Shown here: piece after piece, positions 10,040 through 18,838 of the stretch | How positions within the stretch are numbered: position 1 is the stretch's first letter | Layout: each line of letters starts with the position of its first letter | The notes under the pieces: model-generated | What the model was told of the DNA's origin: nothing | Databases searched by the model: none | The model's input: only the letters and a program-made list of their open reading frames with translations | Translations under genes and position numbers: made by a program | Assembly (NCBI GenBank): GCA_041690775.1 | Contig: JBEPVW010000001.1 | Coordinates: forward strand, 7,343 to 71,342 | Length of the DNA stretch: 64,000 bases | Reading direction: 5' to 3' | Source: Acidobacteriota bacterium | GTDB lineage: Bacteria; Acidobacteriota; Terriglobia; Terriglobales; Acidobacteriaceae

Positions 10040-10220
10040 AGAAATGACAATTGCACAGGAAAGATGTTTCCATCTGGCTTTTCAGCGGCGCGCTCCTGAT
10101 TATCTATGGGCTAATTATGAATGGCTACGGAGTCTATGAATTGGTCAGCGACGCGCTGCTGGCCGTGGGACTGTTCTAACGCGTAAAGTTCCTAACGGGA
10201 AAACGACGCAGGAGAAAAGG

Positions 10221-11645
10221 ATGAGCAGGAGACAGCTTACATTTGGAATGATCGTTGGCAACCGCGGATTTTTCCCCGGACATCTGGCCAAGGAGGGCCG
10301 GGAGGAGATGCTGCAGGTGCTCGACGGAGCGGGTATCGGCGTGATCGCGCTGACGCCGGAGGAGTCGAAGTACGGCGCCGTCGAAACACACGAAGAAGCG
10401 CGCCGCTGCGGCGATCTGTTTCGCCGGCACCGCGATGAGATCGATGGCGTCATCGTCACGTTGCCAAACTTCGGCGACGAACGCGCCATCGCGGATGCCA
10501 TGCGCTACTCCACGTTGAAGGTGCCGGTGCTGGTCCAGGCCACGCCGGACAAGACATCAAAAATGTCGATCGCCTTTCGCCGCGACAGCTTCTGCGGAAA
10601 AATGTCGGCGTGCAACAATCTGATGCAATACGGCATTCCTTACTCACTGACGAAACTGCACACAGTGTCGCCCAGCTCCGATGGGTTCAAAAAAGATCTG
10701 GCCTGGTTCTCTGCCGTCTGCCGAATCGTGCGTGGGCTGACCAATTTGCGCATTGGCTCGATCGGCGCGCGGCCAGCGGCGTTCAACACTGTTCGCTACA
10801 GTGAAAAGCTGCTCGAAGCCAGCGGCATTTCGGTAGAGCCCATCGATCTATCGGAAATTCTGGGCCGCATCGATCGGCTGAAAAATGGCGACAGCAATGT
10901 TGAAGCCAAGCTGGCGGCGATCAAAAGCTACGTCAAAACCGGCGACGTTCCCGAACCGGCGCTGGTCAAAATGGCCAAGCTGGGCTGGGTGATCGAGCAG
11001 TGGATGCAGCAGACGCAAACCACGATCAGCGCTGTCCAGTGCTGGACCTCGCTCGAAGAATATTTCGGCGTCGTGCCATGCACCATCATGAGCATGATGA
11101 GCGAGAATCTGATTCCATCGGCCTGCGAAGTCGATGTGGTCGGCACTCTCAGCATGCACGCGTTGGCGCTGGCGTCGGAAACGCCGAGCGCTCTGCTGGA
11201 CTGGAACAACAACTACGGCGACGACCCAGACAAGGCCGTCTGCTTCCATTGTTCGAACCTGCCCAAGCACTTCTTCAACGATGTCATCATGGATTTTCAG
11301 GCCATTATTGCCGGAACCGTGGGCAAGGAGAACACGTTCGGCACCTGCGTGGGCCGCGTCAAAGCCGGCGCTATGAGCTATGCGCGTTTCTCGACGGACG
11401 ATCGCAACGGAGAAATGCGCGGCTACGTCGGAGAGGGTCGCTTTACGAACGATCCACTGGAAACCTTTGGGGGTGCCGGTGTCGTCGAAATTCCACGCAT
11501 GCAGCGCCTGCTGCGTTTTATCTGCGAAGAAGGCTTCGAACACCATGTCGCCGCCAACTTCTCTGAAACCGCCCCCGCCGTCTATGAGGCGGCCAGTAAT
11601 TACCTCGACTGGAATATTTATTTTCACGAACCGGATGAAGAATAG
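10221..11645 (+). CDS. L-fucose/L-arabinose isomerase family protein
   Basis: 474-aa ORF with AGGAGAAAAGG upstream. The N-terminus MSRRQLTFGMIVGNRGFFPGHLAKEGREEM..GVIVTLPNFGDE and the overall size are typical of the ~470-aa FucI-like isomerase family. Confidence 0.75.
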   Translation: MSRRQLTFGMIVGNRGFFPGHLAKEGREEMLQVLDGAGIGVIALTPEESKYGAVETHEEARRCGDLFRRHRDEIDGVIVTLPNFGDERAIADAMRYSTLKVPVLVQATPDKTSKMSIAFRRDSFCGKMSACNNLMQYGIPYSLTKLHTVSPSSDGFKKDLAWFSAVCRIVRGLTNLRIGSIGARPAAFNTVRYSEKLLEASGISVEPIDLSEILGRIDRLKNGDSNVEAKLAAIKSYVKTGDVPEPALVKMAKLGWVIEQWMQQTQTTISAVQCWTSLEEYFGVVPCTIMSMMSENLIPSACEVDVVGTLSMHALALASETPSALLDWNNNYGDDPDKAVCFHCSNLPKHFFNDVIMDFQAIIAGTVGKENTFGTCVGRVKAGAMSYARFSTDDRNGEMRGYVGEGRFTNDPLETFGGAGVVEIPRMQRLLRFICEEGFEHHVAANFSETAPAVYEAASNYLDWNIYFHEPDEE

Positions 11646-11787
11646 GGACCGTTACATCGCAAACACCAACCAATCAGTTCTTGTGTGGGTCAATTGAACA
11701 GATATTGATGGAATAGCTCCAGCGAAAAGATAGCTACTTCAATAACTAATTTTCTTCGGTAAGTTATAGCGAAACCGCTTAAAGTTC

Positions 11788-12864
11788 ATGGCGCACAAAA
11801 AACGCAAGCCGCGCACTAGAAAGCCTGCCAGGATGGATATCCGCACGGTTGCGACCCATGCTCGAGTCTCAATCGCCACGGTTTCGCGCACCATCAACCA
11901 TATCCCGACGGTCGACCCAGCGATGGCCAAACGGGTCTGGCAGGCAATAGAGGAACTCAATTATTTTCCTAACACGCAGGCCAGGGCGCTGGTTTCCGGT
12001 AAGAGCCACATCCTTGGGCTTATCGTTTCGGAAATCACCAATCCGTTTTTCCCGGAATTGATCCAGCGCTTTGAGGAGTGCGCTGTGGAGCAGGGATATG
12101 AAATTCTGATTACCTCGACCAATTATGATCCAAAACGTATGGCTTCGTGCGTCCGCAGAATGATCGAACGTAAAGTGGAAGGCGTCGCAGTAATGACCTT
12201 CGGCATCGAAGAGCCTCTGCTGGAGCAGTTAGCCCATCGAAATATTTCGCTGGTTTATGTCGATTCCAGACCGAAGCAACCTGCCGCTATGACATTAAAT
12301 GTGGACTATAAGCACGGCATTTGGCAGGGCGTTCAGCATCTCGCGGTATTAGGACACAGAAAGATCGCATTTCTCCGCGGACCTTTAAACCTGCATACCG
12401 CACAGCTTCGGCATCACGCATTCGTGGACTCGCTCAAGCAGATTGGCATCAAGCCCAATCCGGCATGGCTCATCGAAGGTGACCATACGCTGGAAGGTGG
12501 TCTCCGTGGGATGGAACACATCCTGCAATCGAACGACATGCCAACCGCGGTCATGTGCTCTAACGACATGACCGCGATTGGGGTGATGCATGCTATCCTC
12601 GGCGCGGGATTGCGCATTCCAGATGACTTCTCGGTCGTCGGCTTTGATGATGTTCACATCGCTCAGTTCACCTTCCCGCCACTGACGACGATTCGTATGT
12701 CCTGTCTTGATTTAGCTCGAGGTGTCATCGCCCTGTTGCGTCCTGCATTGGAAGCGAAAGCATCGGCGGCCGAGAACAATTTAACTATTCCGACCGAATT
12801 GATTGTCCGTCGTACCACCGATATCCCCAGAGATACGATACAGATTCTAAAGCCTCTTCTATGA
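11788..12864 (+). CDS. LacI family transcriptional regulator
   Basis: HTH_LacI motif IRTVATHARVSIATVSRTINH..VWQAIEELNYFPNTQARAL, followed by a periplasmic-binding-protein-like sugar-binding core. An alternative start at ATG 11833 (MDIRTV..) would remove the Lys/Arg-rich leader. Confidence 0.9.
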   Translation: MAHKKRKPRTRKPARMDIRTVATHARVSIATVSRTINHIPTVDPAMAKRVWQAIEELNYFPNTQARALVSGKSHILGLIVSEITNPFFPELIQRFEECAVEQGYEILITSTNYDPKRMASCVRRMIERKVEGVAVMTFGIEEPLLEQLAHRNISLVYVDSRPKQPAAMTLNVDYKHGIWQGVQHLAVLGHRKIAFLRGPLNLHTAQLRHHAFVDSLKQIGIKPNPAWLIEGDHTLEGGLRGMEHILQSNDMPTAVMCSNDMTAIGVMHAILGAGLRIPDDFSVVGFDDVHIAQFTFPPLTTIRMSCLDLARGVIALLRPALEAKASAAENNLTIPTELIVRRTTDIPRDTIQILKPLL

Positions 12865-13242
12865 AAATTGTCGAACGAACTCTGATTCGAGGGGGAGATT
12901 ACGCGGCTCTGCGGGAAGGTTGGAGAGGTTTGACATCTGCGGAAGTCCATCGAAAAACTCCGAGACGTGAGCCGCCAAGCACACTTCAAGGATCCGGATA
13001 GACGAGCATGAGAGAGCGTAAGCCACTACGACGATCTAAGAGCAATCTTTCGTAAAACTGTATGTTTTGGACTGGCAGCGGCCCTGCGTGCGTGGCTCAT
13101 TGCTGTTGTTCATCTACGGTGGATGATTCATCGCGCGAGGCAAGCTGCCGGTGATGAGTCAAGTCTGCATCGGATTAGTCACCGCGCCAAGTTTAGGAGC
13201 GATTTTTCTTCTGTCGACTTCGGATTGCTCTCCACGGCATGT

Positions 13243-15000
13243 TTACGGGTGAGGACGCTCCTCCTGGCGTTGCTGCGGCTGAGCCTGCGGCCTTGGTTGC
13301 TGTTCCGGGCGGAATTGCTGTTGGGGCCTGGCCTGCTGCTGCGGTCGAGCCTGTGGCGCTGCTTGCTGCTGGGGACGGAATTGCTGTTGGGGCCTGGCCT
13401 GCTGCTGCGGTCGAGCCTGTGGCGCTGCTTGCTGCTGGGGACGGAATTGCTGTTGAGGACGAGGCTGTGGTTGCGGGCGTGCTTCCGGTCTTTGCTGTAT
13501 CGGTCGAGCCTCTTGCGGTTGAGCTTGCGGCCTCGGTTGCACGGGACGGAATTGCTGCTGAGGACGGGTCTGAGGTGTCGGTTGTACGGGCCGAGCCTGT
13601 GGTCCTTGTTGCTCTGGGCGGACTTGCTGAGTCTGGCGGCCTGGGTTTGGACGCGGCTGCTCCAGGGGACGAGTCGTTGGAGTTGGTCGATTTATCGCCG
13701 GCGCAGGCCGATTACCTCCTGGCTGATTGTTGGCTGGCCGAGCTGCGTTTGGCTGAGTGATTCCCGGGCGGATTGGTCCGGGTCGATTTCCGTTTGGCTG
13801 ATTTGGCTGCGCAGGCCGTGCTCCGTTTGGCGGAGTAACTCCTGGCCGCGTTGTTCCCGGCCGATTTCCATTTGGCCGATTGTTGGCGGGCCGGTTCGGG
13901 ATGGCTGGAGGCCGCGGAGCCGGAGTTTTATAAGACGTCGCCAAGGGCCGTGCCGCAGCCAAAGTAGCTGGGCGTCCGCGATTCACTGAGGCAAACTGCT
14001 GACGGTTCGCGGCTGCCGAACGTGCCTGTTGAGTCTGCGCGGGCAATGGGGCTAGGCGACGATCACGCGTCGCTACAGCTTCCCGGGCTGTCGGCTGTGC
14101 ATTGATCCCGCCTCGGCCGCCGTTATAACTCACGCGGTTGTAAGTCGTGCGGTTGTTGATGACGGTCCGGTTGTACACATTGCGGACTACTCTTATGTTT
14201 ACGTTTGTAACGGAGCGGTTATAGCGGAATCCGCCTCGGTCCCAGTAGCCGCCATAATAGCCTCGCCCGGTATACCCAAACCCATAATTCACGCCGCCGT
14301 AGAAGCCGATGTAGGGGCCCCAGTAGCCGTGGTGAAACCGATAGTAGCTGCCGCCCCAGCCCCAGTATCCTGGCGTCCAAAGCGCCCCAACGAAAGGAGC
14401 GAGAACCCATGCTCCAGGAACCCAATAGTATCCGCCGGGGCCCCAGTACCAATATCCTGGCGTCCACATGAAGTCATCCCCAGGGCAGGGTGGCTGGTTA
14501 TACACCGGCAAAATCGGAGGCGGCTGAACAGCCTGTACTGCCTCCTCATCATCCTGGTACTGCTGATCGTCATACTGTTGATTGTCGTACTGCTGGTTCT
14601 GCTGATTGTCGTACTGCTGGTTCTGCTGATTGTCATACTGCTGTGGCGGCGGTTGATTGTCATACTGCTGCGGAGGTGGTTGATTGTCGTACTGCTGAGA
14701 CTGGTCGTAGTTCTGGCTGTCCTGCGGAGGGGGTGGAGCATTCTGCGGAGCCGGCTGATTGGAATAGTCCTGCGCGGGCTGGCTGGCGACAGAAGCGGTA
14801 TTTTCAGCCTGTTGGCCCGCCTGATCCTGCCCATTTAACGGCGCCAGATTACCGTCCGCCGCATCGCCCGCCTGTGCCTGTGGGCTGGACCCATCTAAAT
14901 TCTGAGCGCGCCCTTGATGATGACATCCCGCCATAACCAGCAGCGCCGCTGCCAGGGTACACACTGGGAGGGGCCCAAATTTTCCGATCGTGCTCTTCAT
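13243..15000 (-). CDS. Pro/Gln-rich lipoprotein with central WXXGXW/YXWGXW-repeat region
   Basis: ORF 13243..15072. The likely start is ATG 15000, giving MKSTIGKFGPLPVCTLAAALLVMAGC (lipobox). It has QQYDNQ repeats and an aromatic/Gly core (TPGYWYWGPGGYYWVPGAW..TPGYWGWGG..HHGYWGPYIGFYGG). The C-terminal tail is RPQQQ/RPNG-type low complexity. Confidence 0.7.
   Translation of the reverse strand: MKSTIGKFGPLPVCTLAAALLVMAGCHHQGRAQNLDGSSPQAQAGDAADGNLAPLNGQDQAGQQAENTASVASQPAQDYSNQPAPQNAPPPPQDSQNYDQSQQYDNQPPPQQYDNQPPPQQYDNQQNQQYDNQQNQQYDNQQYDDQQYQDDEEAVQAVQPPPILPVYNQPPCPGDDFMWTPGYWYWGPGGYYWVPGAWVLAPFVGALWTPGYWGWGGSYYRFHHGYWGPYIGFYGGVNYGFGYTGRGYYGGYWDRGGFRYNRSVTNVNIRVVRNVYNRTVINNRTTYNRVSYNGGRGGINAQPTAREAVATRDRRLAPLPAQTQQARSAAANRQQFASVNRGRPATLAAARPLATSYKTPAPRPPAIPNRPANNRPNGNRPGTTRPGVTPPNGARPAQPNQPNGNRPGPIRPGITQPNAARPANNQPGGNRPAPAINRPTPTTRPLEQPRPNPGRQTQQVRPEQQGPQARPVQPTPQTRPQQQFRPVQPRPQAQPQEARPIQQRPEARPQPQPRPQQQFRPQQQAAPQARPQQQARPQQQFRPQQQAAPQARPQQQARPQQQFRPEQQPRPQAQPQQRQEERPHP
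13311..13442. repeat. Perfect 2 x 66-bp tandem duplication inside the Pro/Gln-rich lipoprotein gene
   Basis: 13311..13376 and 13377..13442 are identical (ggaattgctgttggggcctggcctgctgctgcggtcgagcctgtggcgctgcttgctgctggggac). A third degenerate unit starts at 13443. The unit encodes a 22-aa repeat, RPQQQFRPQQQAAPQARPQQQA. Confidence 0.95.
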
Positions 15001-15117
15001 GTTTTTTCTCCGCAACCAAGTTGCAACTACTTTAGATGCAAAAGATGGTGGGTCGATGATGCACTTTTCCACAATAATTCGGAAGCTTTTTTTTGAATGT
15101 CATCCGCTGGACCCGGC

Positions 15118-16968
15118 TCAGTTGGCGGAAGTGTCCGGCGGTCTCTCCGCGCTCGTAACTCCGAAGTCGCGGGTTTCTTCCTCCATCAGCCAGCGCCGCA
15201 GTTGCAGGATGTCGTTCGCGCGGGCGATCCCGATGGGTACTCGCGCGCCGCTCGACTCGACGACAACCACATTCTCTAGATTTTTCAACATCATGTCGCG
15301 ATGCACCTGGTCAACCGATTCGCCGGGAAAGGCCAGCACGTAATCCTGCCGGGCAAGCTCGCGCATTTTGAAGTGGTGATCGGGAGACTCCATTCTCAGC
15401 AAGTCATGCGCGTCCAGGATTCCCACCAAAGTCCCATCCTGTTCCACCACGGGAATCAAAGCCATATCCGAAGGAGAAAACTTTTGCAGCACGGCGTGCA
15501 ATTCGTCCTCGGCCTGGAACACGTCGAACTTTTTATGCATCACCTGATCGATCCGCGCGCGCATCATCACAGGAACGGAATAATCCTGAAGCACGATCAG
15601 ACCGCGCTTGACCAGCTTCACAGTCATAATCGAATCTCGGCTGAATAGCCGCACGAAACCGTCCGAGATCATGACGCAGACGATGAGCGGAAGCAGAGAA
15701 TTGGGGTTATGACTCAGCTCAAACAAAAAAACGATGCTGGTGAACGGCGCGCGCGCGATGCCTCCAAACACGGCCGCCATCGCCACCAGCGCATAAAACG
15801 CGGGATTGCTGACCAGGTGCGGAAACACATGCTGGCAGCCGATGGCGAAGACCGCGCCGATGCCTCCGCCGACTACTAGGGAGGGAGCAAAGACGCCGCC
15901 GGTAGTTCCAGACCCGAGAGAGACAACCAGCGCCCAGAACTTCGCCACGGAAATGCCCACCAGTTGATGAACGGTCAGCCGGTCATTCAACATATCACGG
16001 ATGGTGTCGTAGCTGGTGCCGAAGACCTGCGGATAAAAATATCCGATCGCACCCAGAATTAAAGCTCCGACAACCGGTGCCCAGATCAGGGGACGCTTGA
16101 TCGGAAACGCGTCGAAAAAGTCTTCCAGCCAGGACAGTACCCGGATCATCGCGATGCCGATCAGCCCCATCACAATGCCCATCAAAGCGAACAGCCACAG
16201 TTCATTCATGCTGGTCAGCTTGTAATGCGGCGTGGGAAATAGAGGAGTCCATCCCACGAAGTGAATGCGAACGCCGGTCGCAACCGCGGCGGCGAGCGCA
16301 ACGGGAATGAAAGAACGGGCGCGAAGCTCGAAAAGCAATAACTCAATCGCGACCAGAATGCCGGCAAGCGGCGCGGTGAATGTGGCCGCCATGCCGGCCG
16401 CCGCCCCCGAGGCAAGTAAAACCCGCCTGTAATACGGTGTAAGGCCAACCGCCTGGCCAAAGAGAGACCCGAGCGCGGCCCCGGTTTGAATGATGGGGCC
16501 CTCCGCTCCGAACGGCCCGCCGGTTCCAATCGCAAATGCTGTTGCCAGCGGCTTCAGCAGCGCCACGCGAATCCGCATACGGCTGTGCCCGAACAGCACC
16601 GCCTCCATTGCCTCGGGGATTCCGTGGCCTTTCAGTGTGGGCTCCCAATAGTGGATCATGATGCCAACCAGCAGGCCGCCGATGGCCGGGATCAGAATCA
16701 CCCATAAGCCAAGATGGTTGTGGGCAGGATCGGTGATGCGGAAGGAGAATTTGCCGTAGAAGAAGATGTTGGTGAAAAAGTAGATGAGTTCGAGCAGCCC
16801 TTGTGCGACAAGGCCGCCGACAAATCCAACCAGCATTGCGTAAGCGCATATCTTGATAACTTCAGGCTCGAGTGCGACGCCGAACTGGCCCTTTTTCTGC
16901 GGTTTCAATCCAGTATCGTTCGGTGTTTTAGTGAATGGGAAATCACCCACGAGGGAACCTCCTGACAT
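15118..16968 (-). CDS. ClC family chloride channel / H+-Cl- antiporter with C-terminal CBS domain pair
   Basis: 616 aa, multi-pass. ClC selectivity motifs GTGGPFGAEGPIIQTGAA and GSGTTGGVFAPSL are present. The C-terminal soluble region is CBS-like (IMTVKLV.., LIPVVEQDGTLVGIL, VVVVESSGARVPIGIA). Confidence 0.9.
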   Translation of the reverse strand: MSGGSLVGDFPFTKTPNDTGLKPQKKGQFGVALEPEVIKICAYAMLVGFVGGLVAQGLLELIYFFTNIFFYGKFSFRITDPAHNHLGLWVILIPAIGGLLVGIMIHYWEPTLKGHGIPEAMEAVLFGHSRMRIRVALLKPLATAFAIGTGGPFGAEGPIIQTGAALGSLFGQAVGLTPYYRRVLLASGAAAGMAATFTAPLAGILVAIELLLFELRARSFIPVALAAAVATGVRIHFVGWTPLFPTPHYKLTSMNELWLFALMGIVMGLIGIAMIRVLSWLEDFFDAFPIKRPLIWAPVVGALILGAIGYFYPQVFGTSYDTIRDMLNDRLTVHQLVGISVAKFWALVVSLGSGTTGGVFAPSLVVGGGIGAVFAIGCQHVFPHLVSNPAFYALVAMAAVFGGIARAPFTSIVFLFELSHNPNSLLPLIVCVMISDGFVRLFSRDSIMTVKLVKRGLIVLQDYSVPVMMRARIDQVMHKKFDVFQAEDELHAVLQKFSPSDMALIPVVEQDGTLVGILDAHDLLRMESPDHHFKMRELARQDYVLAFPGESVDQVHRDMMLKNLENVVVVESSGARVPIGIARANDILQLRRWLMEEETRDFGVTSAERPPDTSAN

Positions 16969-17017
16969 TCATTTCACGTTGTTCAATTGGCAATGACATA
17001 CAATAGCTATCAACCTG

Positions 17018-17434
17018 ATGGAGCTATTACTCAACCTTACATGGTTGGCAATTTCCGCTACCCTCGGCGTGCTATTGCTGGCTTCAAGACCCGGATGTGA
17101 AGTTGTGTCAGGCAAGTGCGCCTACGCGCGATCCACCGCGTGGCTATCGTATTTCATTTTGATCGCCCTGCTGCTGCCAGCCATTTCCATGACTGACGAC
17201 ATGATGGCCATGGTGGCTCCCGCGGATGGTGAGCAGATCGCGCGACGCTATGAGGTTTCTGCGGGTGGCCAACGTAACGTAGATTTTCACGTTGCACTTT
17301 TTTGTGTTGTTCCTGACGTATCTTACATGCGGCTTGTTTGCATCGGTGTTCAGGAAGTCATACCTTCTTCCCGTGCCTTCTGTTTGTCGACTCGACAACA
17401 TACACGAGACCGCGCGCCTCCCGTAGCCGCTTAA
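17018..17434 (+). CDS. Hypothetical small membrane protein upstream of the RND operon
   Basis: 138-aa ORF. There are two predicted TM helices (LTWLAISATLGVLLLA; LSYFILIALLLPAISM) followed by an acidic DDMMAM motif. The C-terminal half has no recognisable features. Coding status is uncertain. Confidence 0.35.
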   Translation: MELLLNLTWLAISATLGVLLLASRPGCEVVSGKCAYARSTAWLSYFILIALLLPAISMTDDMMAMVAPADGEQIARRYEVSAGGQRNVDFHVALFCVVPDVSYMRLVCIGVQEVIPSSRAFCLSTRQHTRDRAPPVAA

Positions 17435-17584
17435 TTCACTTGCTTATATATCTTTAACGCTTTCCTTATAAGTTTCTTATCACCATTGCACTAAGCTCAG
17501 GTGAGTTGCAACTGGATGGGGCGTTCCGCGTGCCGGGAACTTACGCTGTGCACTTTCTTATCTGAACATTTGCAAGGAATTATC

Positions 17585-18838
17585 ATGAAGCTCTCCCGAA
17601 TGTTGAACATGGGAGTTTGCGTTCTGCTGTTGCTGTTTTTGCCGCAGGCGCCAGCGCAGACGACTCTCGTCCCCCTTACGTTGCAGCAAGCGGTCGCGCT
17701 TGCGCGCGGCAGAAACCCCGGACTGCTAGCAGCCCAGCGGAATCTTGAGTCAACGCGCGCAGGAGAGATTACAGCGAGCCTCCGTCAAAACCCGGCCTTG
17801 ACACTGAATGGCTCAAACATCACATTGCCCGCCGACAATCCGGCCAGCCCCTATTCGTATTCAGTGGATATGTCGCGATTGTTTGAGCGTGGGCAAAAAC
17901 GCCGCTGGCGCTTGGATAGCGCGCGCGCAACCACGAAGGTGACGGAAAGCCAATATCGCGACCTCGAGCGCCAAACCGTGCTCGCCGTCGAACAGGCATT
18001 TACGAATATGCTGCTGGCGAAGGCCGCTCTCCAATTGGCGGACAAAAACCTGGCAAGCTATCGTCAGACCGTGGAGCTTAGCCATGTGCGCCTCGATGCC
18101 GGAGCAATCAGCAATACCGACTTCCAGCGGATCGATCTGCAATTGGCAAGCTTTGAGTCGGATGCCTCCAACGCACAGGTCAGTTTGATCCAGAGCAGCG
18201 ATCAGCTGCAGCAATTGCTGGGAACCGGCAACCCGAGCCGCAGTTTTGACATTGCAGGAACGCTCGATCCTCCAGAACTGACACTATCGCTTCCAACCCT
18301 TGAACAAAATGCTCTGGCTGCGCGGCCGGACTACCTCGCGGCGCAACAAGCAATTCAAGTGGCGGATGCCGACATCAAGCTGGCAAGCGCTAACGGCACC
18401 GCGGACCCCACGCTGGATGCCGGGTATGACCGCAGCGGTACCTATAATTCTGTCGGATTCAATGTCAACATCCCACTGCGCATTTTCGACCGCAATCAAG
18501 GAGAGAAGCAAGCCTCGCGATTCACGGCGCAGGCCGAGCGCTTTTCGGAGATGGCAGCCCGCAATCAGGTTTTCTCCGACGTAGATCAGGCGTGGGCTGC
18601 GTATGGGTCAGCGCAAACGCTGGCTCTGCGTTACAACACTCACTATCTGGCAGAGGCCGGTCACGTCTTAAACAATCTTGAATTTGGATATCGCAACGGC
18701 AGCACCACATTGCTCGATTATCTGAATGCGCTGCACGATTACCGGCAAACCAGTTTAGACGCATTGAAGGCGAATGCACAGGTATGGCTGAGTATCCATC
18801 AGCTCAGCTTCGCGACCGCGACGGAGGTCCTTCCATGA
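17585..18838 (+). CDS. TolC-family outer membrane efflux protein (CzcC-like)
   Basis: ORF 17501..18838. The likely start ATG 17585 gives the signal peptide MKLSRMLNMGVCVLLLLFLPQAPAQ. Two OEP-type repeats carry typical coiled-coil segments. Its stop overlaps the next start (ATGA at 18835..18838). Confidence 0.85.
   Translation: MKLSRMLNMGVCVLLLLFLPQAPAQTTLVPLTLQQAVALARGRNPGLLAAQRNLESTRAGEITASLRQNPALTLNGSNITLPADNPASPYSYSVDMSRLFERGQKRRWRLDSARATTKVTESQYRDLERQTVLAVEQAFTNMLLAKAALQLADKNLASYRQTVELSHVRLDAGAISNTDFQRIDLQLASFESDASNAQVSLIQSSDQLQQLLGTGNPSRSFDIAGTLDPPELTLSLPTLEQNALAARPDYLAAQQAIQVADADIKLASANGTADPTLDAGYDRSGTYNSVGFNVNIPLRIFDRNQGEKQASRFTAQAERFSEMAARNQVFSDVDQAWAAYGSAQTLALRYNTHYLAEAGHVLNNLEFGYRNGSTTLLDYLNALHDYRQTSLDALKANAQVWLSIHQLSFATATEVLP

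Noticed and set aside
10051-10179. 42-codon hydrophobic ORF (TTG start; ..VSIWLFSGALLIIYGLIMNGYGVYELVSDALLAVGLF*) in the isomerase leader
   Set aside because: It has no Shine-Dalgarno and a non-ATG start, and it is very short. It may be a leader peptide or small membrane protein, but sequence alone does not support a call.
10848-11627. 259-aa minus-strand ORF opposite the isomerase gene. Also 30165..30914 opposite gcvPA and 26836..27879 opposite hemH/hemE.
   Set aside because: These are antisense to confidently identified housekeeping genes.
13123-13989. 288-aa plus-strand ORF (Leu/Arg/Ser/Trp-rich), plus 13239..13760
   Set aside because: These are antisense shadows of the Pro/Gln-rich lipoprotein gene. 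Their composition is the mirror image of the CAG/CCG-rich repeats, and they have no start context or motifs.
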